Positions 50,496-63,857 of a stretch of 64,000 nucleotides of DNA are shown in pieces. The notes under the pieces were generated by a model, which was not told the origin of the DNA, did not search any database, and saw only the letters and a program-made list of their open reading frames with translations. Positions within the stretch are counted from its first letter, which is position 1. Each line of letters opens with the position of its first letter. A program made the position numbers and the translations under genes. Origin of the DNA: Pecten maximus (Eukaryota); assembly GCF_902652985.1 (NCBI RefSeq), contig NC_047020.1:29078001-29142000 (forward strand), given 5' to 3'.

Positions 50496-52186
50496 CTATA
50501 TTGATTTTGTTTATTTACATGTATGCAAAAGACGATATGATTTAACCTGTCCAAATGCACAGTCTCAATCAAGGGCATGTTACAGACTTTAATTTCAAGT
50601 TGTAAACATTTAAATATAATAGACATGTACTAGATACTATTTCATTAAAAATTTCAAAAATGAATTAATTGCAAAAAAAAAAGTTGTTGATAATGTAACG
50701 TGAAGCAAATAATTTGAATAGTTTGAACTGGTCTATCAAATCGTAAAATGTCACACAGGCTGACATTATTGAATATTCCATGCAGGAAGTTTCCAGTCTG
50801 CAGTGTAGATGGTTTAATTTAAATAGTTTTCCAAATTAAATGAAATCTTAGTCATATTTAAGTCGCCTGCGTTCTACATATGATTTTAGTGATTTGTATA
50901 ATGTTCATCGATAATGCTAGTCTTTCTCGTGCGATTATATACTGTCAGTATAGGTAGCAAGTCAGACGTGCCCGAGTAAGGCATCCCTTCACCGCGGGAC
51001 TCTAGTAAGTCTATGTCAGTATATGATCGGTAAAAATCAAAAATTATATTTCATATCTCTTTTCACAAAGTAATTCATATATCAGAAAAGTTGCAAAGTA
51101 GTAGTCTTAGGTGTGCTCGTTCACGAGATAACCTAGTGTCTGAGAGAACATGGCTCTGTGTATATTCAATTTGTCACCTCAATCTGGAGATTCCCGTTGG
51201 TATTTTTAGACGTAAACAAGCATCACTGGCGAGGCTATACAAATACACAGACTATCGAAATATTAATTCAAATCAATTAAATTTGGAGACAAAGTAGGCC
51301 TATCCCTTCAGTAAATAGCAAATAAACGGGAACTATTCTTCGTGCATATCTACCGTCGTTTGTTTATATCAACGTAAACAAACAAGTTTACTTACCGTCA
51401 GTAGCGTCAGCGTTATGCCTACGATGCTTCGGGAATTTGCTTGACATTCTGAACGCTGGTTTGATTTTTCGCATGCATGTTTGTGAAAAGCGACATACAA
51501 TGATCGTGACAAAGCATCTATATCCTGGAGCATTGCCTCTGATATTGGAAATGGCAATATATACTGGCAGTGACAGTAAACTTCAATCAACATGCGGCTT
51601 CCACAACAAACTTTCGTGAGGAGTTCAGGATGGGCGTTACGTCATCAAAACATGCGATCGTCTGCTGTCAAAATACCCCTGTCGAATGGAAAAATACTGG
51701 GAGGGTCGAAAAAATAGGCCATTTTTAATACAATATTGTGACCGTTCTGATAAAGATATCGAAAAACTAAACAGACGGTTTTCTTCAGGAAACATTTATC
51801 TATGTATATGTGCATTGTATATGTTTCTGGATTTTTTTTTCGAATTTTGAGGGTGGTTTTAACAGAACCTCTTAGTCAAAATGACGATTTTGGCATGTTT
51901 GACCCAAAATATCTCATTAATACGAATTTCCACAGGGATACCAGTTACATCCAGACCTAGATGGAGCCGAGTTTTACAATGGTTCAAAAGCCCATCAAAA
52001 TTGTATGTGTCATTTTTTCCACCCCCAAATCGCTACAATAGCCGGCAAAAATCGCGAATTAGCTCGTACTATCATTACGTTCCGTAAGGAACGATAACTC
52101 TAATGAGTTATCGCCCCTCACTACACTTCATTCTTTACTACATGCATACAAATCGCGTATTGTATTGTGTGTACAAAAGTTTTGTA

Positions 52187-53317
52187 CAGTAAAACCTCGA
52201 TATAACGCCACCTTCTGTTCTCCGAAATTTTGGCGATATAACGAGTGTGGCGGTATATCGGGTTTGCCATTCATAACCGAGTTTGATGTCCAAAATTTAT
52301 CGGTAGTGTTCCCATAACAACTGGATTCTTGGGAGATCAAAAACTACTTAAGAAAAAAATATCAAAAACATTTTATTAATATCAAAATAATACATGATAA
52401 AACTGTACACTGTAAATAGATACATATTAAATTCAATTACTTTACCGAGAATGATTCAATCAGTCAATGTAACCTCGCGATCCTATAGTAGGGGGCGGGG
52501 CTATGGAAACCTCGATGTCGTCATCATCTTCGTCCGAGATCGCGTTTGTGGTCACCGATTTCACGATGTTGCCTTCTTCGACAACTTCACTCGGTGCTAA
52601 ATGTTTGTCCATATCAATGAATTGTCTAATTGTGAGTCGCAACTCTGGATCTAAGTCCAGTTCGTCATGGACACGCACTAGTAATGCCTGCATGTCTGTG
52701 TCAGGGGTTTCCGGTATCGATGACGATGCGTCGCCACGTGGTACGATACCGCTGTGTATCAAGCATTTCGCGATTGTCTCGGGAGTAACAGAGTCCCACG
52801 AGATTTTAACAAAGCGTGTAGCGGTATCTAAGAATAGACTTGGGGGCTTCTTTTTATGATGAGCACTACGATGTCTTTTTCGAGGCGGAGTCCCTTCTGT
52901 TTCATCTTGGATTAATTTAGATTTGTAGTAAGTACAAATCACAGAAGAGAGCTTTATTTATGATACCTTACCTGTAAACTTACCCGTAGAAAAACCACAA
53001 AGGATTAGCCATGGTCGATTGATTTCATGTGTGTACATACACGTGCTCACAGGCGTACAGCGAATTAGCCTACCTGTCAGTCACGTCACAATAACATCTA
53101 AACACACACGTCATTCTGGACTAGATTTGGCGATATTAACGAGGTCAAGATAATGTTAATTTAACTGTTTGTTTCGGAAATATGATGGCGGATGGCGGTA
53201 GGCGAGTTTGGCGGTAAAACGGGTGCATTAGCATGGAAGGAAATCCGTTCTGAATAAATTCATGGCGATAAGCGAGTTTGGCAGTCTAACGGGTTGCATT
53301 ATAACGAGGTTTTACTA
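52187..53317 (-). mobile_element. Internally deleted pogo/Tigger-like transposon with transposase remnant
   Basis: TIR CAGTAAAACCTCG.TATAA at both ends with a left TA. ORF 52460..52942(-) has basic RKRHRS..KKKP fused to FVKISWDSVTPETIAKCLIHSGI, matching the Tigger/CENP-B DDE_1 C-terminal W..V...TI..C....G motif, and an acidic tail. Confidence 0.85.
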
Positions 53318-54344
53318 TATATTAAACAGTTGATTCTACCAAAAATAATCACAAATACAGGTAAAATATATTTTTACCAAAAACTTTATAATCATAAACT
53401 ATATACACTATTTCTTTCCTACCTGCTAATTAAAACTCACTGATGACCAACTAGATTTACTTTCAAAATGGAGGGACGTTACTCTTACAAGTTACCGTAG
53501 TTCAACTTGCTATAAGGGTTATTTCAAGCATGCATGTTCAGCTACAGTACGTTATTTAATGCATGTCTGACCTGGGGTTTAGATGAAAAGAACAAGTTGG
53601 TCTTACGAAAATCTCCGAGCAAAGCTAAAATAGAATAAAATATACCCTGGTATTCATTTTTCAACCATAGGAAATCCACTTAACTAATCCAATACTTAAA
53701 TATTTCATAAACAGTTCATCAAAGTTACAAAAATGGAGTCGTCCTCTAATGCTTCCATTCTGTCTACACTCCCGTCACCAGTAATACGGGAACAGCGCAT
53801 TAAGCCGGGGTTTTTATACGAATTGCGCCTTTCAAGGTACAGCAATTTTCCAGGAACTCTAACTTTTCACGATCAGATACACACCTCGCTTTCATACCAT
53901 AAAAGGAGTTGCTTACAATCATCTCTGTCACGTGATTTTAGATCGAGTGTGCACCAAGACACTATGCGATTTGCACACCTATAAATTGTGGACTAAGCAT
54001 ATTATCTAAATAGAGCTATTTTATATTTTAAGAACTGAGTGAATATTACGATAAATTCATTCTTACCTGTGTGTTGTTTTACACCGATGAGAATGGGATA
54101 CTAAGGCCTAATATATATTTTTGATTTTTTCAAAGGCCTTTGTAAAGTCTAATATATATTTTTAATTTTTTCAATGTTTTCATTTTTCATTTGATTTTGT
54201 TTTGTTTCGTTTGATTTCGCCTCGTTTCGTTTTGCTTTTGTTTCTCACTTTATAGGTACCCTATTGAGTGTTGGGTTACAATTAGTGATGTATTATGTTT
54301 GTAAACAATGTATAGAACAATGTTATTGATACTTTGTTTCTTAC

Positions 54345-54592
54345 GAAAAGGTTATTTTGATACCCCCAGCCTCCCATATATATATATGTACAGAAAGGTT
54401 ATTTTGATACCCCCAGCCTCCCATATATATATATGTACAGAAAGGTTATTTTGATACCCCCAGCCTCCCATATATATATATGTAAAGAAAGATTATTTTT
54501 ATGCCCCCAGCCTCCCATATATATATATGTAAAGAAAGATTATTTTTATACCCCCAGCCTCCCATATATATTTTTGTAAAGAAAGGTTATTT
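54345..54592. repeat. 47-bp minisatellite, about 5 copies
   Basis: Repeats of gaaaggttattttgatacccccagcctcccatatatatatatgta.a. Confidence 0.9.
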
Positions 54593-54624
54593 TTGTTTAT
54601 CCTTCTGTCTTCCAGTTCTTCCAT

Positions 54625-55399
54625 GGTCTGGCCCTGCATTTTTCCACTCCTATTACATTTGTGTAGTAGGAGAGGATTTCAGGGACTGATTAAAACTAAG
54701 CATCGTAAAAACAACGTACAGTATTAGATATTATATTATTTTGTTACCAGTCAGCTCGACGACGATCGAGGGGATTGTGACGTTGCCAGGTCATGTCTGG
54801 CTGACCCTGTTATTGTTACTTATCCAGTTGTAGCTGTTTATAAATAGATTCGCACGAGCATGCCTGGGGCGCAATCTCGGGTATATATTCGGGTGTCTGG
54901 CTCGCTCAGTGGGCAGTCGAACGGATTTGTTTCCGGAGGTGTGCCACATTCCAACAGGCCTTCGCTTAGCTGGATAGTTATAGTAGCAGCAGAGGGGTAT
55001 GTAAGCTTAGGCATAGGGTCATAATGTTAGGTGGCGCGGAAGTCAAGCTCCTGTAAGATCATGACCAAGGGAGGGGTCCTAGGGCTGATATAATGTACAG
55101 TCAAACCTGCTCTAACGACCCCCTGTATATAACGACTGCCTGTCTATAATGACCGGTTTTAAGATTCCCCGTGAGATTTTACTATATAACGACCCTCTGT
55201 ATAGTGACTACCTGTCTAATGTGGCTAACGACCGGTGATTTCGGAACGGCGGTCGCTAATTTGTTTTCTATAGCGACCGATTTCTGTCAGCCATCTTCTG
55301 CTCTCGGCAGTCATCCCTCATAAAATCCCCGGAAAATTCAGACACATCGACCCTGGCTTGATTATACAAACAAAGGACCACCACAACCCTGGCCTGAGT
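54625..55399 (+). repeat. 775-bp near-identical copy of 45951-46725
   Basis: Direct comparison by eye shows only about 4 substitutions. The copy is flanked by a 34-bp direct repeat (54595-54628, 55398-55431). Confidence 0.92.
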
Positions 55400-57792
55400 T
55401 TATCCTTCTGTCTTCCAGTTCTTCCATGGTCGATATTAGTTTCACAGAGTTCATCTTTTACTGATTAGTTGGGATCAGACAGATTCTGACATTTTTAATT
55501 AAAGTTTGTTTTGGATCTAACATAATTGCTGTGCAGTCAGAATGGAAAACTTGATTATTTTTCCCCTGTGTTTTGACATGTTTTGAAATTTCTGTTGCAA
55601 ATTTAGTTAGGAAGTTTTGTGGAGTTTGTCATGCACTCAGTAATAATGACAGGATGCTGGTAGATTGTGAAAGATTCTTTTGGGATTAAACAATATTGCT
55701 GTGTAGTCTAGCAAATCAATATTTTTCCAACTTTTGACATGTTTTGAACATTTTGAGCTGATTTTTGCATTTAGTTCCATTTTCCTTCAAAGTGAAAGCT
55801 GGCACATATTCAAGTTTCACAAACATACTGAAGTAAGTCCGCAAATGGGCCAATGCTCAACTAAAGGCCAAAACTTAGGCTGTGTCAAGAGTCAAGATAT
55901 TTGTGTAGTAATTTCTTTGATGAATGGTTATGAAGTTTGTACAAGTAAATGACCTTGACCCACTTTTAGGTTCAGATAGTCCAAATCTGTTGGATTGTTC
56001 TTTCAACTTTTGTAACAAACTACAAGGCTTAAGGTAATTATTTACTTGTAGCTTCTGATTGTGTAAGGACTATCAAGTTTGCTACAAGTGACCTCAAGGC
56101 TTCATTGGGGTCATATTTGTTGGCTGTTTAAAAAACAGCTTCTTGACCTAATGAACATGAAGAATTAAACCCACTACATGCCATTTCTATTGTTACCTTG
56201 AATAATAGGTATTGTAAGAAGCTTGGATGAAAAAGTCTGAGACACAATTCTTCGTTATTCATGAGGTAAAGTTAAATAAAATATCAATTGTAGATACAAA
56301 GCATACTTGAGCCTTAGTACCCAATATAACCAAATACTATCTCTGTATCCATGGTCTTGGCTTCTAGGACTGAATTAGGGCTGTGATTAACAGGACTCAT
56401 TTTCAGGATCATCTTCATGGTGGTACATATTTGTACAGCTGGGTAGTCAGGACAACACCTATCTCTATAGCGATATCACCAATGATGTGTTTTATCACTT
56501 CAGTACTAGCAGATGGAACTGTCAGATAGAATGTGCTGTGTTGTTATACTAATGTTTAACTTAGTAAAATAATAAACCAGGCCGCCAATCACATTTGCTT
56601 TTTCTTTGTTCTTCAACCGTTTCTAAATAAACTCTCTAATCTGATTCTGGTAATTTGGTGAGAATGGAAAACATGACCATCAGAGAGTATCCAGGTTTTC
56701 CAACGTCCATCACATGTACACCTGTAAAAGTGATGCCATTGTAACCTACCGTCGGAACATGTTGGGCTTGTGTCGATCGGGCTAGCCCCATCACTGGTAC
56801 ATACCGTTATAAGTTTCATTGATGTGCCAGCATTGGAAAATTCAACTATATCTACATGTACTAGTCAGCTGTAGTTTTTATATGATATTTTGTAAAGGTA
56901 TGTATGTTTTTTTTATTGAACATTTTTTATTCATTTTTTTCAAATGGTGACATTTACACAATTCAACAGACATTGTCTTTCTCACTCTCATTCTGAAATT
57001 TTATTAGAACACTGTTTTATATCAATTATTACCCAAATAAGGTACATAATGAATGTTATCTGATTAAATGAAGCCACCATCTTTTGATGACACTCATGAC
57101 ACTCATTTATTCTATGCTTAGAACTAGCTGTTAACATATTTCTCTGCATTATAAAGGCTGATAAGATTTTATTTTTTAAACATTTCATATATCTTGCAAG
57201 TTACTAAAGAGATCCTTCACCATCATGGAATGTCTGAAAACTTGTTCTGTATTGAATATTTTGTACTTGTACTGAGCTGATTAGATGCTGTGCTGCATTT
57301 GATTGTCACTTAAACAGCTGATTGACTGTAGTAAATAGACATTCTGATTGACTGTTATAAAAACAGGCGTTAATTGGCTAGTAGAAACTTGATATGGACT
57401 TCTTCATGTTAACAGTTAATAACTCGTTATAGAAACAGCTAATGGGTCTGGAATATGGAAATCTGTTCACTTTCTTATGAGAGGAAATAGAAAATGCATT
57501 AAATAAGCTTATAAGTAGAAATCAATATGATTGGCTAATACGATAACTATTGAAATTATACAAGAAACGTATGATTGGCTAGTAATTAGAAATATATCTG
57601 ATTGGCTAATAAGCAGGAAACATATGATTGACTAATATGATAAATATCGAAATACAAGAAACCATACAATTGGCTAATTATCAGAAATATCTGATTTGTT
57701 AATAAGCAGGTAATATGATTGGCTTATAATTATAATTTTTGAAATGCATTGATAATGTTGACTTAATTATTTGCTATGTTTTATTGTCTTCT

Positions 57793-58993
57793 TGTTAGCT
57801 CAACACAATAGACTTCTTTTTAACCAGTGATCAGAATTTGAACTGACTTTGATAGGAAGCATTTCTATGTTGTTTGGATTTAAATCTATTCAAATGATCA
57901 GGCTGACCCCCCAGGGGCCTGAAGGGCAGCCAAAAAGGAGTCCATTTAGCAATATTGATATCAACAACTTCTTCCCTGAACCTCAGCAATGTATGACATT
58001 CAACTTTCAGTGGTTACATCTCTACATGGCTGGGAACCAAATTTATACAAATTATGGGGCTGACCCCCTAGGGGCCTGAGGGCAGAGCAAAAAGTTGGCT
58101 ATATATATTGCTATAAATGTATTTTTAAAACCGTTAAGATCCCCACCCCTAACCATCTGTAGCATTGCTAGGCATCAAAAAATAAACTCGTTCATGTTGT
58201 AAAAATAGGCCCTGGGGTCTTTCCCTGACCCTAAAGACTTAGTTCCTTTAAATTGTTATATATTTGAAACCATTGAGATCCCACCCTATAACCATATATG
58301 GCATAGTTAGGCATCAAGAGATAAACAGAATCAAAAATGTAAAAATAGACCCTGGGGTCTTTCCCCATTGCTGGGGACTTACCAGTAATTTCTTGGTTAT
58401 ATTTTTAAAACTGTTGAGATCCCCACCCCATAACCATATTTAGTATTGCTTGGTGTCAAGAGACAAAATCATGTTGTAAAAGTAGGCATTGGGGTTTTCC
58501 CCAAACCTTAGGGACTTTGTTTCTTGGTTATATATTTGAAATTGTTGAAATTCCTATCCCATAACCATATATAGTATTGTTGGACATCAAGAGATAATCA
58601 CAACCAGGTAGAATTGAAGGGGGCCCAGGGGGTCTTTCTCCACCCCTAAGCACTTAGTTTCTTTGTTATATCTTTGAAACTGTTTAGATCCCCATTCCAT
58701 AACCATATATAGCATTGCTCAGCATCCAGAGATAAACACAATCCTAACGTGAAAATAGGTCCAGAGGTCTTACCCCACCCCAATGGACTTAGTTTTTTTA
58801 AACACAATCATGCTGAGTCTCGACTTAGTTTGTGGGTTATATCTTTGAAGAATTTGAGATCCCTACCCCATAACCATATTTAGCATTGTTAGACATCAAC
58901 AAATAAAGCTATTAATGAATTGAATATGAACATTATTTTAACGTTTGGTGAAATCAACCATGTGCATAATACAGGCCCTCTGGGCCTCTTGTT
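57793..58993 (+). mobile_element. Older HINE-like element related to 37553-39767
   Basis: It shares the ttagctc start, the ctgacccc..aggggcctga monomers and the 3' end aggccctctgggcctcttgt. It also carries a different ~120-bp array (gagatcccaccc..ataaccatat). Confidence 0.75.
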
Positions 58994-60562
58994 GATGTAA
59001 GTTCCTGTTTTAATACTATTGTGATAAATAATAAAAGAAATGAAATAAAAAGAAATAATTTATTAGGAGTATAATGATGAACAGCCATCTAGTTAAGGTA
59101 TTTATGGTCCAAGTAAAATGCTTTTAAAGGAAGCTAATTCTGTATCGACTACGCATGGTCTGAAACCGGTCAAATGTGACATTTCATTACATGTCCATGC
59201 TTCATACACAGTGGACCTAATCTGGCAGTGTAGCGGCAAACAACCTAATGTTATGGTCATTTATGGCCTGTTCACCAGTCAAGTTTGATGGCCGATGGTC
59301 AGTTATGGCAGCTGAGCCTAATCTCAGAAAGCAGGGTATATGTAATTGGGTCTATATTGGAGTCCACCACTCTAGATCATCTCAACCCTTGACGGGTCAT
59401 AGCACAAGAGATTTAGATCATCTGAGCAGTTCTTTGGAATAGAGTGTTGTAGGATATTGCAGATGTCTGGCATTACGATTGAATTAGTTTACCTAGTCAA
59501 TATGATCAGAACGTTCCTTCAGTGTTTCAGGAGGCAAAGCCTTGAGCTTTCCAAGTGTGGTAGTCGGATGATGTTAACAAATATCCCGGTCATGATGCCT
59601 GCGGAACTGCCACCCATCATGTTTAAAGACCTCTAGTGTCTTGTAAATGGATATTGCTTTCATTGGAGTTCGGTTTTAGAATAGCTATTAGAATTATCTT
59701 GCAATTTCCACCAGTAAAACTCTGAGACTAGTATGACATTGAAATGAAATGTCAATGTCCATTTCTAGCGTGTCATCAGCCTATTTGTCGCCTGCCACCC
59801 ATGTACTTGTAGGCTGTCAACTAATGCTGCAACGATAAGCTTCCCTCACAATATGATACGCATCATGATACTTGTCTCACGGTACGATACGTATCACGGT
59901 ACATTTACAGAGTGCCCCATTAGTTTATCCTGTCAGGGGTATAGTGTAACGTTACCCCTCCTCCTCTGAAAATTGGAGGGATACAAACATAAATCCAGGG
60001 GTACTACTGTATACCTGGTAATTTTCGTCCCCGTTTAATTTTTTCGCCATTTTCGCCCTTTGATGATAGGGTGAATTTAAGATGACGGCGAAAATTTCAA
60101 GCTCAATTGCAGGATTTACAAGTTATTGTACATAGGCTAATTGTAGTCGGATCCAAAACATACCCTCGTACATTTCGAGTGTGTTTTGTCCTATACAATT
60201 ACAAGCAACAAGTGTTATATATTTACACTAAATTTATGAAATAATTTATTGTTTTATTCCAATCTATGCATATGAAATAAAATCTAGATATAAATCCAGG
60301 CCTATAGTAAATTTGCAATATCACGTGGAGTTAAATCGAGAATATGGGCTAAGACAGCGTACTAGGTTTAGTATATTTGATTTTAAAAAAGGCTATAGTA
60401 CTAAGTAACTTTTAAAATCCAATCATTTTTTTAAATGATGCACACAAAATAGCATCAAATTCTTGCCATTGTGAAGACTGATTTTATGAGTTCACCTTGA
60501 GACATTGAAAAAGCCTTGAAATGGCCTTGAATTTGGTTTGACATAATCCGTATGAACCCTGG

Positions 60563-61328
60563 CCTCTACAGTAAAGATGAGAACTGTCTCATCTACAGTA
60601 CAGATGAGAGCTGTCTCCTCTACAGTAAAGATGAGAGATGTCTCCTCTACAGTAAAGATGAGAGATGTCTCCTCTACAGTGAAGATGAGGTGTCTCCTCT
60701 ATAGTAAAGATGAGAACTGTCTCCTCTACAGTGAAGATGAGAGCTGTCTCCTCTACAGTGAAGATGAGAGCTGTCTCCTCTACAGTGAAGATGAGAACTG
60801 TCTCCTCTACAGTAAAGATGAGATGTCTTCTCTACAGTAAAGATGTGAGGTGTCTCCTCTACTGTAAAGATGAGGTGTCTCCTCTACAGTAAAGATGTGA
60901 GCTGTCTCCTCTACTGTAAAGATGAGGTGTCTCCTCTACAGTGAAGATGAGGTGTCTCCTCTATAGTAAAGATGAGAACTGTCTCCTCTACAGTGAAGAT
61001 GAGAGCTGTCTCCTCTACAGTGAAGATGAGAGCTGTCTCCTCTACAGTGAAGATGAGAGATGTCTCCTCTACAGTAAAGATGAGGGATGTCTCATCTACA
61101 GTAAAGATGAGAGCTGTCTCCTCTACAGTAAAGATGAGAGATGTCTCCTCTACAGTAAAGATGAGAGCTGTCTCCTCTACAGTAAAGATGAGAGCTGTCT
61201 CTAGTTTAAAGGAATGATGTGCGATGTATCTTCTACAGTAAAGATGAGAGCTGTCTCCTCTACAGTAAAGATGAGAGCTGTCTCTAGTTTAAAGGAGTGA
61301 TGTGCGATGTATCTTCTACAGTAAAGAT
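60563..61328. repeat. 27-bp minisatellite (ctctacagtaaagatgagagctgtctc)
   Basis: Directly visible, giving a 9-aa period in the overlapping ORFs. Confidence 0.95.
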
Positions 61329-62514
61329 ATGTGTTAGATATTCCTTCACATTGCTGAGGTTACATGATGTAAATATCTTCTCTGTTGTATTTTTTAGAAA
61401 GATTACAGGAAAGTCTTGAGATTGTATGTTGGAGAGACTGAATGGCCCTTAATATACCAGTTAGGGTTTAAGAATGACAAGCTCCGACACCCAGTCACTT
61501 TCGATGTGCAGCACGATTTCTTGTGAAATTGATTTCATTGATTAAGTAGTATTGTTTCTTAGCACAATTTCATGTGGAATGGATTCTGTTGATTAAGTCG
61601 CCTCGTTGTTTTGCCGAGTCGCGTGGCAGCATTGCTAGGGCTGCAGTGTGCATGACTACATCTTTTTGAGGTCAGCTGCGTCAACACGGGTGTGATGTCT
61701 GAATCGATCAAATTTCATAATCTGCTTCGGTTGTAAATCACAAGAAAAAAATGTGAACCAAGAGGAGAGACTAATAGATTTCTATTTCTCCAATAAAGTC
61801 AAGAAAATTGGGGTTGATATAATGTAATAAATCAATAAGATTCTAGTACAATACTCCTACATGTATATAGAGTACATAGCAAGGCTAAATGTACAATACT
61901 CCTACACGTATATTGAGTACATACCAACTTAGGAAGACTAAATGTTCAATACTCTTTAACATGTATTTTGAGCAATGCTGCATCAGATATGTTTGGATAT
62001 ATATGAGTGTAATATATATAGAGACCTGAATAATGAACAGTCAGTGAAGGAAAGGTTGCCTCAGACTTTTAGTGTTCTTTCTGAACCACTTTCTCCTATC
62101 TAATCTGACATTGGTCATTTTCTTGGTACCCTAATTCATACTGTGGCTTTGGGCAATTCTGGCTCGTGGCAGGCATATAAATTGGATGTTTTGCTGTTTA
62201 CATGTAGCAAGGGAGGTATATGTTATCACCACAGACCGATTACTGCATGCCAGCACTATTAATTCTAGTATCACTTCCTTTAAACAAATTATTTATCCTT
62301 TTTCAGTGAGAACTTTTAGTGGTGTTTGTAGTTTATTAAGACTCCTCATATTACAATATTAATTATCCAATGCCTGAAGGTTAGGTCAAGTTTGATTGCA
62401 AGTTTTGCTGGAAACTAGTTGGCAGAGTTATGACCACTTGATTAGCGAAAGATTTTGTTTTCTGCTGTTTCCATGCATATAACTCTCACAAATAATATTT
62501 GATTATCATCAAAA

Positions 62515-62998
62515 CCAGTAAACAGTCAACATGGAACTGCTGGAGACCTTACCAGTTAACAGACCCCAGAAACCACTAGACAACGAACCCAGTTAACAGT
62601 CAACCAAGAACTGCTGGAGACCTAACCAATTAACGGACAACCAGGCACCACTAGAGAACCAACCAGTTAACATTGACCAGGAACTACTGGAGAACCAACC
62701 AGTTAACATTGACCAGGAACTACTGGAGAACCAACCAGTTAACAGTTGACCAGGAACTACTGGAGAACCAACCAGTTAACAGTTGACAGGAACTTCTAGA
62801 GAACCAACCTGTTAACAGTTGACCAGGAACTATTAGAGAACTAACTGGTTAACAGTGACCAGGAACTACTCGAGAATCAACCTGTTAACAGTGACCAGGA
62901 ACTACTGGAGAACCAACCCAGTTAATAGTTGACCAGGAACTACTGGAGAACCAGTCATTTAACATTTGACGAGGAACTACTAGAGAACCATCTGGTTA
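62515..62998. repeat. ~35-37-bp minisatellite (ccagttaacagttgaccaggaactactggagaaccaa)
   Basis: Directly visible tandem array. Confidence 0.9.
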
Positions 62999-63031
62999 CT
63001 AAATATAGAAAGGGTTCCTTGTCTGGGCCAT

Positions 63032-63857
63032 ATTTTTATACCCCCGCAACGAAGTTAGGGGGGTATACTGGAATCAGGTTGTCTGTCCGTCCGTCCGTCT
63101 GTCTGTAGACGCGTTTTGTCCGGACAACTCCTCCTAAACCGATGGGCCAATTCCAATGAAACTTCATACAAATATTAATGATCATGTGTAGATGTGCATG
63201 CCACTTTATTTTTCTCAAAATTATGGTTGCTATGGCAACTGGTCACTATAAACAGGTTTTCCGATAAGAACCAAAACTTTAAGTTTGTCCGGACAACTCC
63301 TCCTAAACTAAAGGGCCAATTTCAATGAAACTTCACACAAATATAGAGGACCATGTGTAGATGTGCATGCCACTTTCTTTTTCTCAAAATTATGGTTGCT
63401 ATGGCAAGTGGTCACTATAAACAGGTTTTCTGGAACCATAACTTTAAGTTTGTCCGAACAACTCCTCCTAAACAGAAGGGCCGATTTCAATGAAACTTCA
63501 CACAAATATAGAGGACCATATGTAGATGTGCATGCCACTTTTTTTTTTTCAAAATTATGGTTGCTATGGCAACTGGTCACTATAAACAGGTTTTCCGATA
63601 AGAACCATAACTTTAAGTTTGTCCGAACAACTTCTCCTAAACCGAAGGGCCGATTTCAATGAAACTTCACACAAATATAGAGGACCATGGGTAGATGTGC
63701 ATGCCACTTTGTTTTTCTCAAAATCAGGGTTGTTATGGCAACTGGTCACTCTATTACTGGGTTATCTTAGTTATCCTCTAATTAACAGTTCCAATTCACC
63801 ATTGACTCGTGCAGATTGCGGGGGTATTAGTCAGCCATCCTGGCGACAGTTCTAGTT
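63032..63857 (+). mobile_element. HINE/Helentron-associated element with about 4 copies of a ~167-bp repeat
   Basis: In order: T-run, subTIR atacccccgcaa with inverted gggggtat, (gtcc/gtct)n, four 166-169-bp monomers, 3' subTIR ttgcgggggtat, hairpin gtcagcca..tggcgac and a ttctagtt end. Confidence 0.88.

Larger units (their letters stand above)
47771..52133. mobile_element. Putative ~4.4-kb TIR element nested in the MULE-like composite
   Basis: 29-nt inverted repeat GAATGAAGTG(A/T)AGT(A/G)AGGGGCGATAACTC with 2 mismatches. I see no TSD and no transposase ORF. Confidence 0.45.
44315..54261. mobile_element. ~10-kb MULE-like composite element with nested insertions
   Basis: TIR GGGTACCT(G/A)TAAAGTG(C/A)GAAAC followed by (GAAAC/GAAAT)n at both ends. 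The 9-bp flanks GATTGAGTG / TATTGAGTG differ by one base. Confidence 0.8.

Noticed and set aside
52460-52942. Domesticated TIGD/CENP-B-like host gene
   Set aside because: It lies between intact TIRs and lacks the HTH and most of the DDE domain, so it is a deletion derivative.
63036-63855. Repeated ORFs at the right end of the window
   Set aside because: These are translations of the ~167-bp monomers in a HINE element.
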